Positions 1-14,975 of a DNA stretch of 56,895 nt are shown piece after piece. Below the pieces are notes generated by a model that saw only the letters and a program-made list of their open reading frames with translations, did not search any database and was not told where the DNA came from. Made by a program: the position numbers and the translations under genes. Each line of letters opens with the position of its first letter. The first letter of the stretch is position 1. This DNA comes from Oscillospiraceae bacterium (GTDB taxonomy: Bacteria > Bacillota > Clostridia > Oscillospirales > Ruminococcaceae), in the NCBI GenBank assembly GCA_009778605.1, contig WRJN01000001.1, forward strand, positions 1 to 56,895, given 5' to 3'.

Positions 1-2506
<2,506 letters not shown>

Positions 2507-2549
2507 AGTCGTAGAATTAAGTCAAATTATCGCAAATCAAAATGATTTC

Positions 2550-2743
2550 GCCCTTCAAGCAAGCATTGCTTGCTCTCGCGGGCTTTTGATTTTTTAAACG
2601 GCAATTTTCATTGCCGCCAACAGAAGAATAATTAATTGTTGCCCTCTTCAAGCAAGCGTTGCTTGCTCTCGTGGGCTTAAATGAAATTGTATTTACCCAT
2701 TTTTTATTTGCCATTCAAGCAGGCAAAGCCTGCCCTCGTGGGC
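2550..2743. repeat. Three ~35-bp hairpin repeats (family D) in the 16S-23S spacer
   Basis: GCC..TCAAGC-stem-CTCGYGGGC at 2550-2583, 2641-2676 and 2710-2743. Confidence 0.8.
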
Positions 2744-2874
2744 CTATTCGGATTAACCGTTGTAATTTTTAATAAAATTACTAAAAAATGAATATTTGAT
2801 TTCCTCTTTGTTGCTTCTGCAAACTAAAATTTACATTTTAGTTTACTGCTATTCAATTTTCAAAGAACCTTTTG

Positions 2875-3040
2875 AATGGGGCTACGCCCCAAACCCCCAA
2901 ATCGGCGCAGGGAAACCCTGCTTGATTTGCTAAAGTGAATGGGGCTACGCCCCAAACCCCCAAATCGGCGCAGGGAAACCCTGCTTGATTTGCTATAGTG
3001 AATGGGGCTACGCCCCAAACCCGCAGACCTCCGTCTGCAA
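2875..3040 (-). repeat. Tandem family A repeats (2 x 63 bp plus a partial third copy)
   Basis: AATGGGGCTACGCCCCAAACCC starts at 2875, 2938 and 3001. Confidence 0.95.
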
Positions 3041-3113
3041 TGGAGATGAGGAGAGTCGAACTCCTGACCCCCTGCTTGCAAGGCAGGTGCTCTCCCAACT
3101 GAGCTACACCCCC
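3041..3113 (-). tRNA. tRNA-Ala(TGC)
   Basis: GGGGGTGTAGCTCAGTTGGGAGAGCACCTGCCTTGCAAGCAGG...TTCGA...TCCA; CCA not encoded. Confidence 0.97.
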
Positions 3114-3124
3114 GTGGTGGTGTC

Positions 3125-3198
<74 letters not shown>

Positions 3199-3248
3199 AG
3201 ATTGTTAAATTGAAGGTTTTGCACCCTCAAAATTGAACAATACTTTTT

Positions 3249-3311
3249 AATGGGGCTTTCGCCCCAAACCCCTCAAACCGGCGCAGGGAAACCCCGCTTG
3301 GTTTGCTAAAG
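3249..3311 (-). repeat. Family A repeat copy
   Basis: AATGGGGCTTTCGCCCCAAACCCC...GGGAAACCC...TTTGCTAAAG. Confidence 0.9.
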
Positions 3312-3355
3312 TTTTTTTACCTTTTTTCGACAGCGTGAAAACTGCCGATTTTAAA

Positions 3356-3392
3356 CAACTGTCAATTGTCAATTGTCAACTGTCAATTGTCA
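3356..3392. repeat. Heptamer tandem repeat (CAAYTGT)x5
   Basis: caactgt caattgt caattgt caactgt caattgt ca. Confidence 0.9.
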
Positions 3393-3401
3393 TGTTCTCC
3401 A

Positions 3402-5023
<1,622 letters not shown>

Positions 5024-5452
5024 CATTTGTATAAAAACGCAGTATGCACCGCGCTCTTACCTTGCTCATGCGGATTTCTCCGCTAAGCCGTGTCAAGCGA
5101 AATAAATTCGCTCTTCTCGACTTACGAATCGCTAACTTTTAGTTCGCTAATCTTCAAGCGGACAAGTCCGCCGTCGCTTAGCTTAATAGAAATTAGTTCA
5201 TCCGAAATAATTACTTGGAATTGTGTCGATTCTGTACAGAATCGACTTCAGGTAATTGTTATTCTTCAGGCAGACCGTATCCGCCTTTAGTTTAACATAG
5301 TTGTATTGTTCAATTTTCAAGGTACTGTTGCTGTGATTCCTCACAACTCTTGCTAACTCTCGCCTTTTCGCCATTGTATTCCAATTCAGCGACTTCCATA
5401 CAGACCGCACTTAACATTCCGTTGTGCGTCTGCACCTCGGCGACTGAATACT

Positions 5453-5481
5453 ATTCTATCACATCGTTTTTCAAATGTCAA
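5453..5481 (-). promoter_or_regulatory. rRNA operon sigma-A promoter
   Basis: TTGACA-N17-TAGAAT on the minus strand, with upstream A-tracts (UP-like). Confidence 0.8.
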
Positions 5482-5591
5482 CCCCTTTTTTCAAACTTTT
5501 TGAAACTTTTTTGCTTTTCTTTGCATATTTCCCCGCAATTCCGCATAGAACCTTGTCTTGTCATCGCAGAAGTGATACGCGCGGCAGCGTG

Positions 5592-7400
5592 TTACAATAT
5601 CACCTTATCATCGACTTCACGCCGCAGAGCCGCACAAAAGTCCGCAATGCTCATCGTGCCCGACAAGCCGTCGGGGTCACCACGGCGATTACGCACAGCG
5701 ACAATGCCCGCCTCCACTTCTGCATCACCGATTACCGCCATATACGGCACTTTCATCAACTGTGCCTCGCGAATCTTGAACCCGATTTTCTCGCTGCGCG
5801 TGTCCATCTCGGCGCGAATGCCCGCTTTTCGCAATTCGCCCTGCACTCGTTCGCAGAACTCGTTATGGCGGTCGGCAATGGGCAGAATCCGCACCTGAAC
5901 AGGCGCAAGCCATAATGGGAACGCACCGGCATACTTCTCAATCAGCAACGCCAAAGTCCGCTCATAACAGCCAAAAGCCGAACGGTGTATAATAAAAGGG
6001 TGTTTCTTTTCGCCGTCGGAATCGGTGTAAACCATACCGAACTTTTCCGCAAGCTGAAAATCAATCTGCACGGTAAACAGTGTGTCTTCCTTGCCGTAGA
6101 CGTTCTTCGCCTGCATATCGAGTTTCGGACCGTAGAACGCCGCTTCTCCGTCCGCTTCGTAATAGTTCAAACCCGATTTGTCAAGAATTTCCCGCATAAG
6201 GTTTTGCGTTTTCTCCCATTGAGCAGGGTCACCGATATACTTTTCGCGGTTATTCTCGTCCCACTTGGAAAAACGATAATAAATGTCGTCATACAAACCC
6301 AACGCCTTCATAACATAAACAACAAGGTCGATTGCATCAAGAAACTCTTTTTCAACCTGTTCAGGTGTACAGATGATGTGACCATCCGCCAACGTAAACT
6401 GCCGCAGACGTATCAGCCCGTGCATTTCCCCGCTTGATTCGTTACGGAACAACGACGCCGTCTCATTATACCGAATGGGTAAATCCCGATAAGACCGCCC
6501 GCGATTCAAATATGCCTGAAACTGGAACGGGCAAGTCATGGGGCGCAATGCAAAAACTTCCTTGTCGCTCTCTTCGTCGCCCATAACAAACATTCCGTCT
6601 TTATAATGTTGCCAATGCCCCGAAATCTTGTACAAGTCTGACTTACCGAAAGACGGCGTTTTAGTAATCTGATACCCGCGCTCCTCCTCCAAATCTTCCA
6701 CCCAGCGTTGCAACAACTGTACGATTTTTGCCCCTTTCGGCAACAAAATGGGCAGCCCCTGCCCGACAACGTCGGCAGTGGTGAACAATTCCAACTCCCG
6801 CCCGAGTTTGTTATGGTCACGAAGTTTTGCCTCCTCTAACCGCGCGAGGTGTTCCTCAAGCTGTGCCGATTTTGGGAACGCCGTGCCGTAAATGCGCGTG
6901 AGCATTTTATTCTTCTCGCTTCCGCGCCAATACGCGCCCGTCGCCGACAACAACTTAAACGCCTTCACGTCCGACACGCGCGCCAAGTGCGGGCCCGCAC
7001 AAAGGTCAATGAACTCGCCCTGCTTATAGAACGCCAACGCTTCGCCTTTTTGCGCCAACTCTTCGATTAACTCCAACTTATACGGCTCATCGGCGAACTG
7101 CGTTTTTGCCTCATCAACGCTCAAAGCAAAACACTCCAACGAATGCCCTTCTTTGACTATTTTTTTCATCTCTTTTTCGATTTTGTCTAAATCCTCTGCC
7201 GTGAAGGGCGTTTCAACGTCAAAGTCGTAATAAAAACCGTTCTCGATTGACGGGCCAATTCCGAGTTTCGCTGCGGGGAACACTCGCTTGACCGCCTGCG
7301 CCAATATATGCGCGGCAGTATGACGAAACGCATCGCAACACTCGGATTCTTCAAACGGCACAAGCTTAGTCTCGCCGTCATGTAATAACATTTTTAACAT
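5592..7400 (-). CDS. thrS: Threonine--tRNA ligase
   Basis: RHTAAH and DLCAGPH editing motifs, RDHNKLG, LRPMTCP, AAFYGPKLD, C-terminal anticodon domain. Confidence 0.97.
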   Translation of the reverse strand: MLKMLLHDGETKLVPFEESECCDAFRHTAAHILAQAVKRVFPAAKLGIGPSIENGFYYDFDVETPFTAEDLDKIEKEMKKIVKEGHSLECFALSVDEAKTQFADEPYKLELIEELAQKGEALAFYKQGEFIDLCAGPHLARVSDVKAFKLLSATGAYWRGSEKNKMLTRIYGTAFPKSAQLEEHLARLEEAKLRDHNKLGRELELFTTADVVGQGLPILLPKGAKIVQLLQRWVEDLEEERGYQITKTPSFGKSDLYKISGHWQHYKDGMFVMGDEESDKEVFALRPMTCPFQFQAYLNRGRSYRDLPIRYNETASLFRNESSGEMHGLIRLRQFTLADGHIICTPEQVEKEFLDAIDLVVYVMKALGLYDDIYYRFSKWDENNREKYIGDPAQWEKTQNLMREILDKSGLNYYEADGEAAFYGPKLDMQAKNVYGKEDTLFTVQIDFQLAEKFGMVYTDSDGEKKHPFIIHRSAFGCYERTLALLIEKYAGAFPLWLAPVQVRILPIADRHNEFCERVQGELRKAGIRAEMDTRSEKIGFKIREAQLMKVPYMAVIGDAEVEAGIVAVRNRRGDPDGLSGTMSIADFCAALRREVDDKVIL

Positions 7401-7444
7401 CGTATTTTTCTCCTAATCATTAACTTATTAAACACATTCTAAAC

Positions 7445-7473
7445 ATTCTAACACTTTTTCGCGCAAATGTCAA
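7445..7473 (-). promoter_or_regulatory. thrS sigma-A promoter
   Basis: TTGACA-N17-TAGAAT about 45 bp upstream of the ATG. Confidence 0.7.
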
Positions 7474-7494
7474 GGGGGAGTGTGACACTCCCCC
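7474..7494 (-). terminator. Hairpin after the DUF1540-like gene
   Basis: GGGGGAGTG-TGA-CACTCCCCC perfect stem. Confidence 0.55.
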
Positions 7495-7501
7495 ATAAAG
7501 T

Positions 7502-7687
7502 TTATGATGTTTGGCTTGTTTGGTTTACAAATGACGTGCAGTCGGTACTCGCTGATGTGTTCCCCGTACCTTGTTTTCCCACACAAATTTTGTCTAATCC
7601 GCAGTAACTGCTGCCGTCGGTACAGTGGTTCGCACAGCTTGTCACCGTACACTCAATGTGTTTATTTTGGCAATTTTTTGCATTCAT
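7502..7687 (-). CDS. DUF1540-like small Cys-rich protein
   Basis: IECTVTSCANH...YCGLDKICV...TDCTSF pattern; AGAGGT RBS. Confidence 0.8.
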   Translation of the reverse strand: MNAKNCQNKHIECTVTSCANHCTDGSSYCGLDKICVGKQGTGNTSASTDCTSFVNQTSQTS

Positions 7688-7711
7688 AATCAATACCTCT
7701 ATTCGTTAAGA

Positions 7712-7873
7712 TATAGTCGGTTAATTTCAAAATGGGCTTGTTTTTGCGAGAATATTTTTTGTCAGACAAGGCGAAAAATTCGCAAATAACCGCCGTTATT
7801 TAAGAATTTTTCAACGCAGTATGACAGAAAATATTTCGCAAAGGCGATGCTATTTTGGAGTTAATCGACTATA
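7712..7873 (+). mobile_element. Family C MITE-like palindromic element, copy 1
   Basis: Terminal IR TATAGTCGGTTAA / TTAATCGACTATA; core GTCAGACAAGGCGAA...TCAACGCAGTATGAC. Confidence 0.85.
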
Positions 7874-7900
7874 TTGCTATTATAACCCGAATCACCGCAG

Positions 7901-8392
7901 TTAATACATTGACTTGTTTTGCCGTGACTGCCACGCCCTGAACACGTCCATACAGCGTTCGTTATCGCGTGAAACGAGGGACAGCTTTTCGCCGTCGGGC
8001 ATTCCTTCGCGAATGAACGAATAAATATAATCGTCGTCAAAACCGATTGCCGCCGCGTCAGCCGCAGTCGCGCCGTAGTATAACGTGGGGATTTTCGCCC
8101 ACATAATCGCGCCGAGGCACATGGGGCAGGGCATACAAGTAGAGTAAATGGTGCAGTCGTGAAGTGAAAACCGCCCGAGTGCCGCTGTCGCCGCACGAAT
8201 CGCCGCAACTTCCGCGTGCATGGTAGGGTCATTCGTCTGCAATACGCGGTTATGTTCCTGCGCGACTATCCCACCGTCCGACGCTCGCACGATTACCGCC
8301 CCGAAAGGGCCGCCGTGTCCCTGCTCAATGCCCGACATTGCCTCTTGAATGGCAATCGCCATATAATCATGATTGTTGTTTATCGCTGTCAT
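7901..8392 (-). CDS. guaD: Nucleoside deaminase (guanine deaminase-like, CDA fold)
   Basis: GGPFGAVIV, HAE and PCPMC zinc motifs, IGFDD. Confidence 0.85.
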   Translation of the reverse strand: MTAINNNHDYMAIAIQEAMSGIEQGHGGPFGAVIVRASDGGIVAQEHNRVLQTNDPTMHAEVAAIRAATAALGRFSLHDCTIYSTCMPCPMCLGAIMWAKIPTLYYGATAADAAAIGFDDDYIYSFIREGMPDGEKLSLVSRDNERCMDVFRAWQSRQNKSMY

Positions 8393-9518
8393 TCTCCCGC
8401 TCCGCTTTCTCGTTGTTCACGTTGTCGTCAGTGTCGTTCGTTTCGTTTTTATCGGCGCGTTCATTCGCCGCCATTTCTTCTTTATGTTGTGCCTCTTTTT
8501 GAATAATCTCGTCATACCGCTTGAATCGCCTTTTCCGCGCGCGCCGCACAAGCACCACAATCAAAATCACAACAGGAATCCACAGAGGAGACGTTACCGC
8601 CATTGCAATGACTAACCATTGCAAAATAGTTATAATGCCGCTTGTTACCGTAACAAAACCGTTACGAATCAGCCAACCCATGTCTTCTAATGTAAGCGAG
8701 TTCCAGTCTACGACGTACTGCTCTTCCTCTTCTTCTTCTTCCTCCTCGTACTCAATAACTTGGCTCATGGTAATGGACACCCGCGACATTCCTGTGAGAC
8801 TTCGCAGGACTTTCAGCCGCCCTTCGATTGCTTCTATTTCTTCGGTGATTTGGTCAATCATACGTTGAACTTTCAAAATTTCGTCCAAATCCTCTGCATT
8901 CTCAAGCATATTGTTATAAGCTATAAGCGTGCCGCGCTTGGTTTCTAACCGCGTTTGCAAATCGTAGAACTCGGCAGTAACGTCTTCCGAATCGGTCTTG
9001 GAAAACATCACTCGGGAGTTATCGCCCACAAACGTCATGAACTCGCCTAATTTTTCGGGAGGAACACGCAACTCCGCCGTTACGTCTGTCAACTCATATT
9101 CAACGCCGTATTTTTTCTCAATCCGACGCGACATATTCATGGAAAACTCATAACCGCCTAACGCGTCGGCTTTTTCCACGAACCGCGCGTACAAGTCCGT
9201 CGCGCTCTCGTCGCGCGTCTCCACGCGCATTGACGCATTACGAATGACCTTGCGCTCAACATCGCTGACTTCCGCCCCGGCTACTTCGTCGTCATACTCG
9301 TCGGCGTATTCGCTACGCTCATACTCATTGTCATACTCGTCACCGTAATCGTCATCGTCCCGCACGTCATTGTTACCCCAACCGGGATTCACGTGAGGAG
9401 CCATCTCGCCAACTGCCTTTTCGTCAGAATCCATCATGCTGCACCCGACAATCCCCGAAAGGCAAAACAACGCCGCCAAACCTATTGCAATCTTTTTCAC
9501 TCTATTTTTTCTTTTCAT
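8367..9518 (-). CDS. DUF4349-like lipoprotein/membrane protein
   Basis: Lipobox IVGC, RKVIRNASM, LRVP, EDVTAEFYD, C-terminal TM helix. Confidence 0.8.
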   Translation of the reverse strand: MKRKNRVKKIAIGLAALFCLSGIVGCSMMDSDEKAVGEMAPHVNPGWGNNDVRDDDDYGDEYDNEYERSEYADEYDDEVAGAEVSDVERKVIRNASMRVETRDESATDLYARFVEKADALGGYEFSMNMSRRIEKKYGVEYELTDVTAELRVPPEKLGEFMTFVGDNSRVMFSKTDSEDVTAEFYDLQTRLETKRGTLIAYNNMLENAEDLDEILKVQRMIDQITEEIEAIEGRLKVLRSLTGMSRVSITMSQVIEYEEEEEEEEEQYVVDWNSLTLEDMGWLIRNGFVTVTSGIITILQWLVIAMAVTSPLWIPVVILIVVLVRRARKRRFKRYDEIIQKEAQHKEEMAANERADKNETNDTDDNVNNEKAERENDSDKQQS

Positions 9519-9670
9519 AGCAATCTCCCTTTACTACTGCTTATCTATACTATATAAACAATTTTGTTGTGCGATTTGTCTCACTTTTGGAAAATTATTT
9601 TGTGCCACTGCTAAAATTATAATATGTTAATACCTGTGTTCGGTATACCACAGAACACAGGTAAAATCAA

Positions 9671-9830
9671 TAGACCTCTTGCGAAATTAAATGTGAGGGG
9701 ATTTGCGTAGGCAATTTTTCGTCAGACAAGGCGAAAACGCAGAAATGCTTTGTGCATTTCGAGTATTTTCAACGCAGTATGGCGGGAAGTTGACCGCAAA
9801 GACACTGCGTTTAATTTCGCAAGAGGTCTA
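9671..9830 (+). mobile_element. Family C element, copy 2
   Basis: 21-bp perfect IR TAGACCTCTTGCGAAATTAAA; same core as copy 1. Confidence 0.88.
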
Positions 9831-9868
9831 ATGACAATTTGATTACAAATTATTACAGTTTGGTTACA

Positions 9869-10465
9869 TTATCCGCTAAACGTCCCCACTCTGAATCCGT
9901 CAACGGCGATTGCCCCCGACACGTTCTCTCCCTCGACGATTACCCTGACATGAACGCTGTGACCCTTTATCACGCTGTTCGCGTTGAACACTCCGCTGAC
10001 TATATCTCCGTGTTCGTCAACCGCCGCACCTCGGTAATTGACTTTGACCTTAACTTCGTCACCCGCAACATCTGCCGTTATAACAGCCTCACCGTCACCG
10101 CTACTGTCGATTGCCTGTGCGAACGCCTCATACAACTCAAACATTTCCTCCGTGACAGGCACAGCCGTGCCGTTCACGGTGATTACGCGCTCACGTACGC
10201 TCACGCTTACGTCAACATCAGCCCCGACGCGAATCCCGCGCGCCACGCCGTCATACGCGTCATACAGCTCCTCATCAATGGTGAGAGCACCAAATACAGG
10301 CGTGTCCACTGCCTCGAACGCGTCCTGCGCCGCAGGAACGTAAAACTCCGCAGGGCTTTTGGGTAAAGACTGCCCACGTTCCTCAAGAGAGTTACCGCCA
10401 ATAATAACGAACCCCACCGCCACGGCAATCACCGCCGCGAATATCCCCAAACATATCTTCATCAC
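9869..10465 (-). CDS. Hypothetical membrane-anchored protein
   Basis: 198-aa ORF abutting glgD, with an N-terminal hydrophobic helix. Confidence 0.7.
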   Translation of the reverse strand: MMKICLGIFAAVIAVAVGFVIIGGNSLEERGQSLPKSPAEFYVPAAQDAFEAVDTPVFGALTIDEELYDAYDGVARGIRVGADVDVSVSVRERVITVNGTAVPVTEEMFELYEAFAQAIDSSGDGEAVITADVAGDEVKVKVNYRGAAVDEHGDIVSGVFNANSVIKGHSVHVRVIVEGENVSGAIAVDGFRVGTFSG

Positions 10466-11659
10466 TTATACCTTCGCACCTTTATCCACAAACACAGGGT
10501 AATTCTCCGTGCCCTCGAGAGTACGGTAACTGCCGAGCGTCACGTCTTTGTCTGCAATGACGTAATTCATCTCACACTTTTCGCCGATTTCCGCGTCCTG
10601 CATGATAATGCTGTTACGCACGACTGCGTGTTTGCCCACTTTAACGCCTCGGAACAAAACGCAGTTCTCGACTGAACCCTCAATGATGCAACCGTCTGCA
10701 ATCAGCGAGTTAGTCACACACGCCTCCAAACCATACTTGGCGGGGGCTTCGTCGCGAATCTTGGTGTAAATGGGGCGTTCCGAATTGAACACGTCCGCGC
10801 GTTTCGCGAAATCCATCAACGCCATATTCGCCTTATGATAACTCATGATGCTGTCAATCTGCGAGTACACGCCGTCGTATTGATACCCTATAATCTTCAG
10901 CTCTTTACAACGGTGCTGAATCACATCAATTTCAAAGTTGTACAGGTTACGGCTTGCCGACTCTTTCACCATATTAAGCAAAAACTCTTTACTCATGACA
11001 AACATATTCAAGCTGACGTTTGCCTCAACGCAAGAATGTTCGTCCCCACTCGCTTCACCGCCACCGAGTTTGTTTAGTTTTTCAAAACGCGGGCGAATCA
11101 AAACGTCGTATACCAATCCGTCTTGATTGACGTTGAGAACTGTTTTAGTCTTGAGCGTATCATGTGTGTAACTGCCCCTGCCGTAAACAGCAGTAATGTC
11201 TGCGCCTTTTTGTATGTGAGCTTTGAGAATCTTCTTGAAATCGACATTTGCAACCACGTCACAGTCACACATGACGACGTAATCGTCGCTCACGCGCTCA
11301 ATAAAGCGAATCACATTGGCGAGAGCCTCCAACCGTCCACGATACAGACCGCCCGCCGCGTAAGAATCGGCGGCGCGTCCGTAGGGTGGTAACAGGAATA
11401 ATCCGCCCGTCTTGCGCGACAAGTCCCATTCATCACCCGAACCCAAATGGTCAAGCAATGATTGATAGTTAGACTTTGTGATGACCCCTACCGACGAAAT
11501 CCCCGAATTCACCATATTAGACAACGGAAAGTCAATCAAACGATACCGCCCGCCGAAAGGAACGCTCCCCGTCGTACGAATCTTAGTCAAATCGGTTATT
11601 GTTGAATCGTGCATATTTGCGAAAATAATCCCCGCCGCACTCACTCTTTTGCTTGCCAT
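10466..11659 (-). CDS. glgD: Glucose-1-phosphate adenylyltransferase regulatory subunit
   Basis: [35 protein letters not shown]; follows glgC. Confidence 0.93.
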   Translation of the reverse strand: MASKRVSAAGIIFANMHDSTITDLTKIRTTGSVPFGGRYRLIDFPLSNMVNSGISSVGVITKSNYQSLLDHLGSGDEWDLSRKTGGLFLLPPYGRAADSYAAGGLYRGRLEALANVIRFIERVSDDYVVMCDCDVVANVDFKKILKAHIQKGADITAVYGRGSYTHDTLKTKTVLNVNQDGLVYDVLIRPRFEKLNKLGGGEASGDEHSCVEANVSLNMFVMSKEFLLNMVKESASRNLYNFEIDVIQHRCKELKIIGYQYDGVYSQIDSIMSYHKANMALMDFAKRADVFNSERPIYTKIRDEAPAKYGLEACVTNSLIADGCIIEGSVENCVLFRGVKVGKHAVVRNSIIMQDAEIGEKCEMNYVIADKDVTLGSYRTLEGTENYPVFVDKGAKV

Positions 11660-11702
11660 CTATTCTACCTCCGCTAAATGTTTTTTACTATGCCCGCCGA
11701 CT

Positions 11703-12911
11703 TCACGCCCGTTGCTTATCAATCATAGCCTTCGGCGGGACGTTCGTGTCCGCTTTAATATCCACGCCATGCCCCACGACTGCCACGCCCCAGCTATCTT
11801 TGTCGGCGATTGTCGCAGGGTCGCCGCCCACTGTCGCATTCTCTTCAATGACGCTGTTCTCACCCACGATGGAATACTGCACCACCGCGCCCGCCTTAAC
11901 CGTCGCTCCGGGCATAACAATGCTGTAATTTACCGCCGCGCCTTTCTCAATCGTGACGCCCGCAAACAAAATGGACGAATCCACCTGTCCGTCAATGTTG
12001 CAACCCTCCGAAATCATGGAGTTCTCAATCGTGCAGTTGTCACCGCAATAATGAGGCTGCATAACATCAGTACGCGAGTACACACGCCAGTTGGGGTCGT
12101 ACAAGTCAAGCGGAATCTTAGGATTCAGCAAGTCCATATTCGCTTCCCACAAACTGTCAATCGTCCCGACATCTTTCCAGTACGCGTCAAAGTTATAAGC
12201 TACCATTTTGCAGCCGTCTTTGAGCATATCAGGAATGATATTACCGCCGAAATCTTTCTTAGCGGTCACGTCGTTCTCGTTGGCAATCAGATACTTTTTG
12301 AGCGTCTGCCAAGAATAAATATACACACCCATAGACGCCAAATTAGACTTAGGCTCTGCGGGTTTTTCCGCAAACTCGTTAATCACGCCGTTTTCATCGG
12401 TTGCCATAATCCCAAACCGCGACGCTTCTTCCCAAGGGACTTCTAACACGGCAATCGTCACGTCCGCTTCGGTTGCTTTGTGATGGTCGAGCATTTTGGC
12501 ATAATTCATCTTATAAATGTGGTCACCTGCAAGAATGGCAACGTATTCAGGGTTGTAGCGGTCAACAAAGTTGATATTCTGGTATATGGCGTTCGCCGTC
12601 CCCGAATACCAAGACTTGCCGCCCGAGCTTTCATAAGGCGCGAGTACATGAACACCGCCGTGGACACGGTCTAACCCCCACGGATGTCCGTTGCCTATGT
12701 ACTCGTTGAGTACAAGAGGCAGATACTGCGTAAGCACACCCACCGTGTCAATGCCCGAGTTGACACAGTTGCTTAACGGAAAATCAATCAAGCGATACTT
12801 TCCGCCGTACGGAACAGCGGGCTTCGCCATTTCTTGCGTAAGGGCATACAGGCGTGCACCCTGTCCGCCTGCCAAAATCATAGCTACACACTCTTTTTTT
12901 ACGTGCCTCAT
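11703..12911 (-). CDS. glgC: Glucose-1-phosphate adenylyltransferase
   Basis: [39 protein letters not shown]. Confidence 0.96.
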   Translation of the reverse strand: MRHVKKECVAMILAGGQGARLYALTQEMAKPAVPYGGKYRLIDFPLSNCVNSGIDTVGVLTQYLPLVLNEYIGNGHPWGLDRVHGGVHVLAPYESSGGKSWYSGTANAIYQNINFVDRYNPEYVAILAGDHIYKMNYAKMLDHHKATEADVTIAVLEVPWEEASRFGIMATDENGVINEFAEKPAEPKSNLASMGVYIYSWQTLKKYLIANENDVTAKKDFGGNIIPDMLKDGCKMVAYNFDAYWKDVGTIDSLWEANMDLLNPKIPLDLYDPNWRVYSRTDVMQPHYCGDNCTIENSMISEGCNIDGQVDSSILFAGVTIEKGAAVNYSIVMPGATVKAGAVVQYSIVGENSVIEENATVGGDPATIADKDSWGVAVVGHGVDIKADTNVPPKAMIDKQRA

Positions 12912-12939
12912 CTTCGCACCTCCATTTGACTATCTGTAA

Positions 12940-14847
12940 TTAGTTTTCGCTTATCGGTCGCGGTCTCAAGAACAATGCCGACGCCGCCGGGATTTTCACC
13001 GTGAGCGAGTAAGACTCATCGTGCATGGGTACCGGGTTAGCAGTCAGTACACCATTGAGGATTCCGTCACCGCCGAACTTCTTTTCGTCAGTGGAGAACA
13101 CTTCCTCATACTGTCCGCTGAGCGGTACACCGAACGTATACTCCATGTGTTCACGCGGCAGGAAATTGCAAACAATAATCAACTCTTCACCTTTTGAGTT
13201 GATTCGACGGAACACAAGCACAGAGTTTTGATTATCGTCGGGAACAACCCACTTGAAACCGCTCCAGTCGCTCTCGTTCTCCCACAACTCGTCAGACTTG
13301 AGGTAGAACGCATTCATCTCTTTGACGAACTCCTGCAACTTCTTGTGTTCTTCAAACTCAACAATGTCCCAGTCAAGCCCCGTCTTGTAGTTCCACTCCT
13401 TATACTGCGCGAACTCCTGCCCCATGAACATCAGCGACTTGCCGGGGTGAGCCGCCATGTACGCCAAGAACGTCCGTAATGCCGCAAACCGTTTCTCACG
13501 CGGACCGCTCATCTTGTCCAACATGGAGCATTTTCCGTGAACCACTTCGTCATGCGAAATGGGCAGAATATAATTCTCCGAGAAAGCATAATGGAACGAA
13601 AAAGTCAACATTCCGTGATAATCGTGGCGATACTCCGGAGACATGGACATATACGCCAACATATCATTCATCCACCCCATGTTCCACTTGAAGTTGAACC
13701 CCAACCCTCCTATTTCGGGCGGCTTGGTCACCATAGGCCACGCAGTAGATTCTTCCGCAATCATGAGAATATTAGGGAACACATTGAACAAATTCGCGTT
13801 GAGCTTCTTGAGAAACGCAATCGCCTCAAGATTCTCGTTACCGCCCTCGTGATTACGACGCCATTCCTTGCGGTCATAATCAAGGTATAACATGGACGCA
13901 ACCGCGTCAACGCGCAACCCGTCAATATGAAACTCCTTGAGCCAGTAATAAGCATTACTAATCAGGAAAGACTGTACTTCGCCCTTGCCCCAATCAAAAA
14001 TGCGCGTTCCCCAACCGTAGTGTTCGCGTTTAAGCGGGTCTTCATACTCGTAGCAACACTCACCGTCGAACTCATACAACCCTGCCGCGTCTTTAGGGAA
14101 GTGCGCGGGTACCCAGTCAAGAATCACCCCTATGTCGTGCCCGTGACAGAAATCGACAAACTGCATGAAGTCATGCGGCGTCCCGAATCGTGACGTGGGT
14201 GCATAGTATCCGATACCCTGATACCCCCACGAACCGTCAAACGGAAACTCCGCAATGGGCATAAGCTCAATATGCGTGTACCCCATCTTCTTAACGTACG
14301 GAATCAAGCCGTTAGCAATCTCCATATAGCTGAAGAGCTGGTCTTCATCATTCTTTTTGAGCCACGAACCTAAATGAACTTCGTATATGTTAATGGGCGA
14401 ACGGAACAGGTTGCTGTCTTGTACCTTCGCCTGCCACTTTGAATCTTTCCACTTATACCCGCTTATGTCATAAACTTTCGTGGCGGTATTGGGGCGCGTT
14501 TCCATGTGGAATCCGTAAGGGTCGGCTTTGTTGATAATGCGCCCGTGTGAGGACTCGATGGAATACTTATAAGTGTCATACTTTTTCAGCCCGGGTATGA
14601 ACAGCTCCCACGTTCCCGTCGTTTCGATGAGGTTCATATCGTCACGCGTACGGTCCCAGTGGTTGAAATCGCCCACCACGCTGACGCTCCGTGCGCGAGG
14701 TGCCCATACGCGAAAACGTACCCCCTCAACCGAGCCTTGCTTGACAAAATGCGCGCCGAAAAACTTGTAGCCCTCTAACAACTCGCCCTCATGATAGAGA
14801 TGCAACGGCATTTCGTGTTCCTTTTTTATTGCAATTGATTTACTCAT
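12940..14847 (-). CDS. glgB: 1,4-alpha-glucan branching enzyme
   Basis: WAPRA, IYEVHLGSW, GLRVDAVASM, AEEST, SHDEVVHGK; start placed at the ATG after GAGGAG. Confidence 0.96.
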   Translation of the reverse strand: MSKSIAIKKEHEMPLHLYHEGELLEGYKFFGAHFVKQGSVEGVRFRVWAPRARSVSVVGDFNHWDRTRDDMNLIETTGTWELFIPGLKKYDTYKYSIESSHGRIINKADPYGFHMETRPNTATKVYDISGYKWKDSKWQAKVQDSNLFRSPINIYEVHLGSWLKKNDEDQLFSYMEIANGLIPYVKKMGYTHIELMPIAEFPFDGSWGYQGIGYYAPTSRFGTPHDFMQFVDFCHGHDIGVILDWVPAHFPKDAAGLYEFDGECCYEYEDPLKREHYGWGTRIFDWGKGEVQSFLISNAYYWLKEFHIDGLRVDAVASMLYLDYDRKEWRRNHEGGNENLEAIAFLKKLNANLFNVFPNILMIAEESTAWPMVTKPPEIGGLGFNFKWNMGWMNDMLAYMSMSPEYRHDYHGMLTFSFHYAFSENYILPISHDEVVHGKCSMLDKMSGPREKRFAALRTFLAYMAAHPGKSLMFMGQEFAQYKEWNYKTGLDWDIVEFEEHKKLQEFVKEMNAFYLKSDELWENESDWSGFKWVVPDDNQNSVLVFRRINSKGEELIIVCNFLPREHMEYTFGVPLSGQYEEVFSTDEKKFGGDGILNGVLTANPVPMHDESYSLTVKIPAASALFLRPRPISEN

Positions 14848-14975
14848 TATAACATCATTCTCCTCTGCCTGTTTCCTGCTCTTGTTACAGATTATACCAT
14901 ATATTATATTAAAAAGCAAGCCCATTCGCAAGTTCTACAGCAAGTTCTACATATCTTCCAATTTATTCTGCGAAT

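Noticed and set aside
2875-3040. Possible CRISPR array
   Set aside because: Units are full tandem duplicates with no unique spacers, and no cas genes are present
9631-9663. Hairpin TACCTGTGTTC / GAACACAGGTA
   Set aside because: Single copy; it may be a terminator or operator but nothing more supports a call
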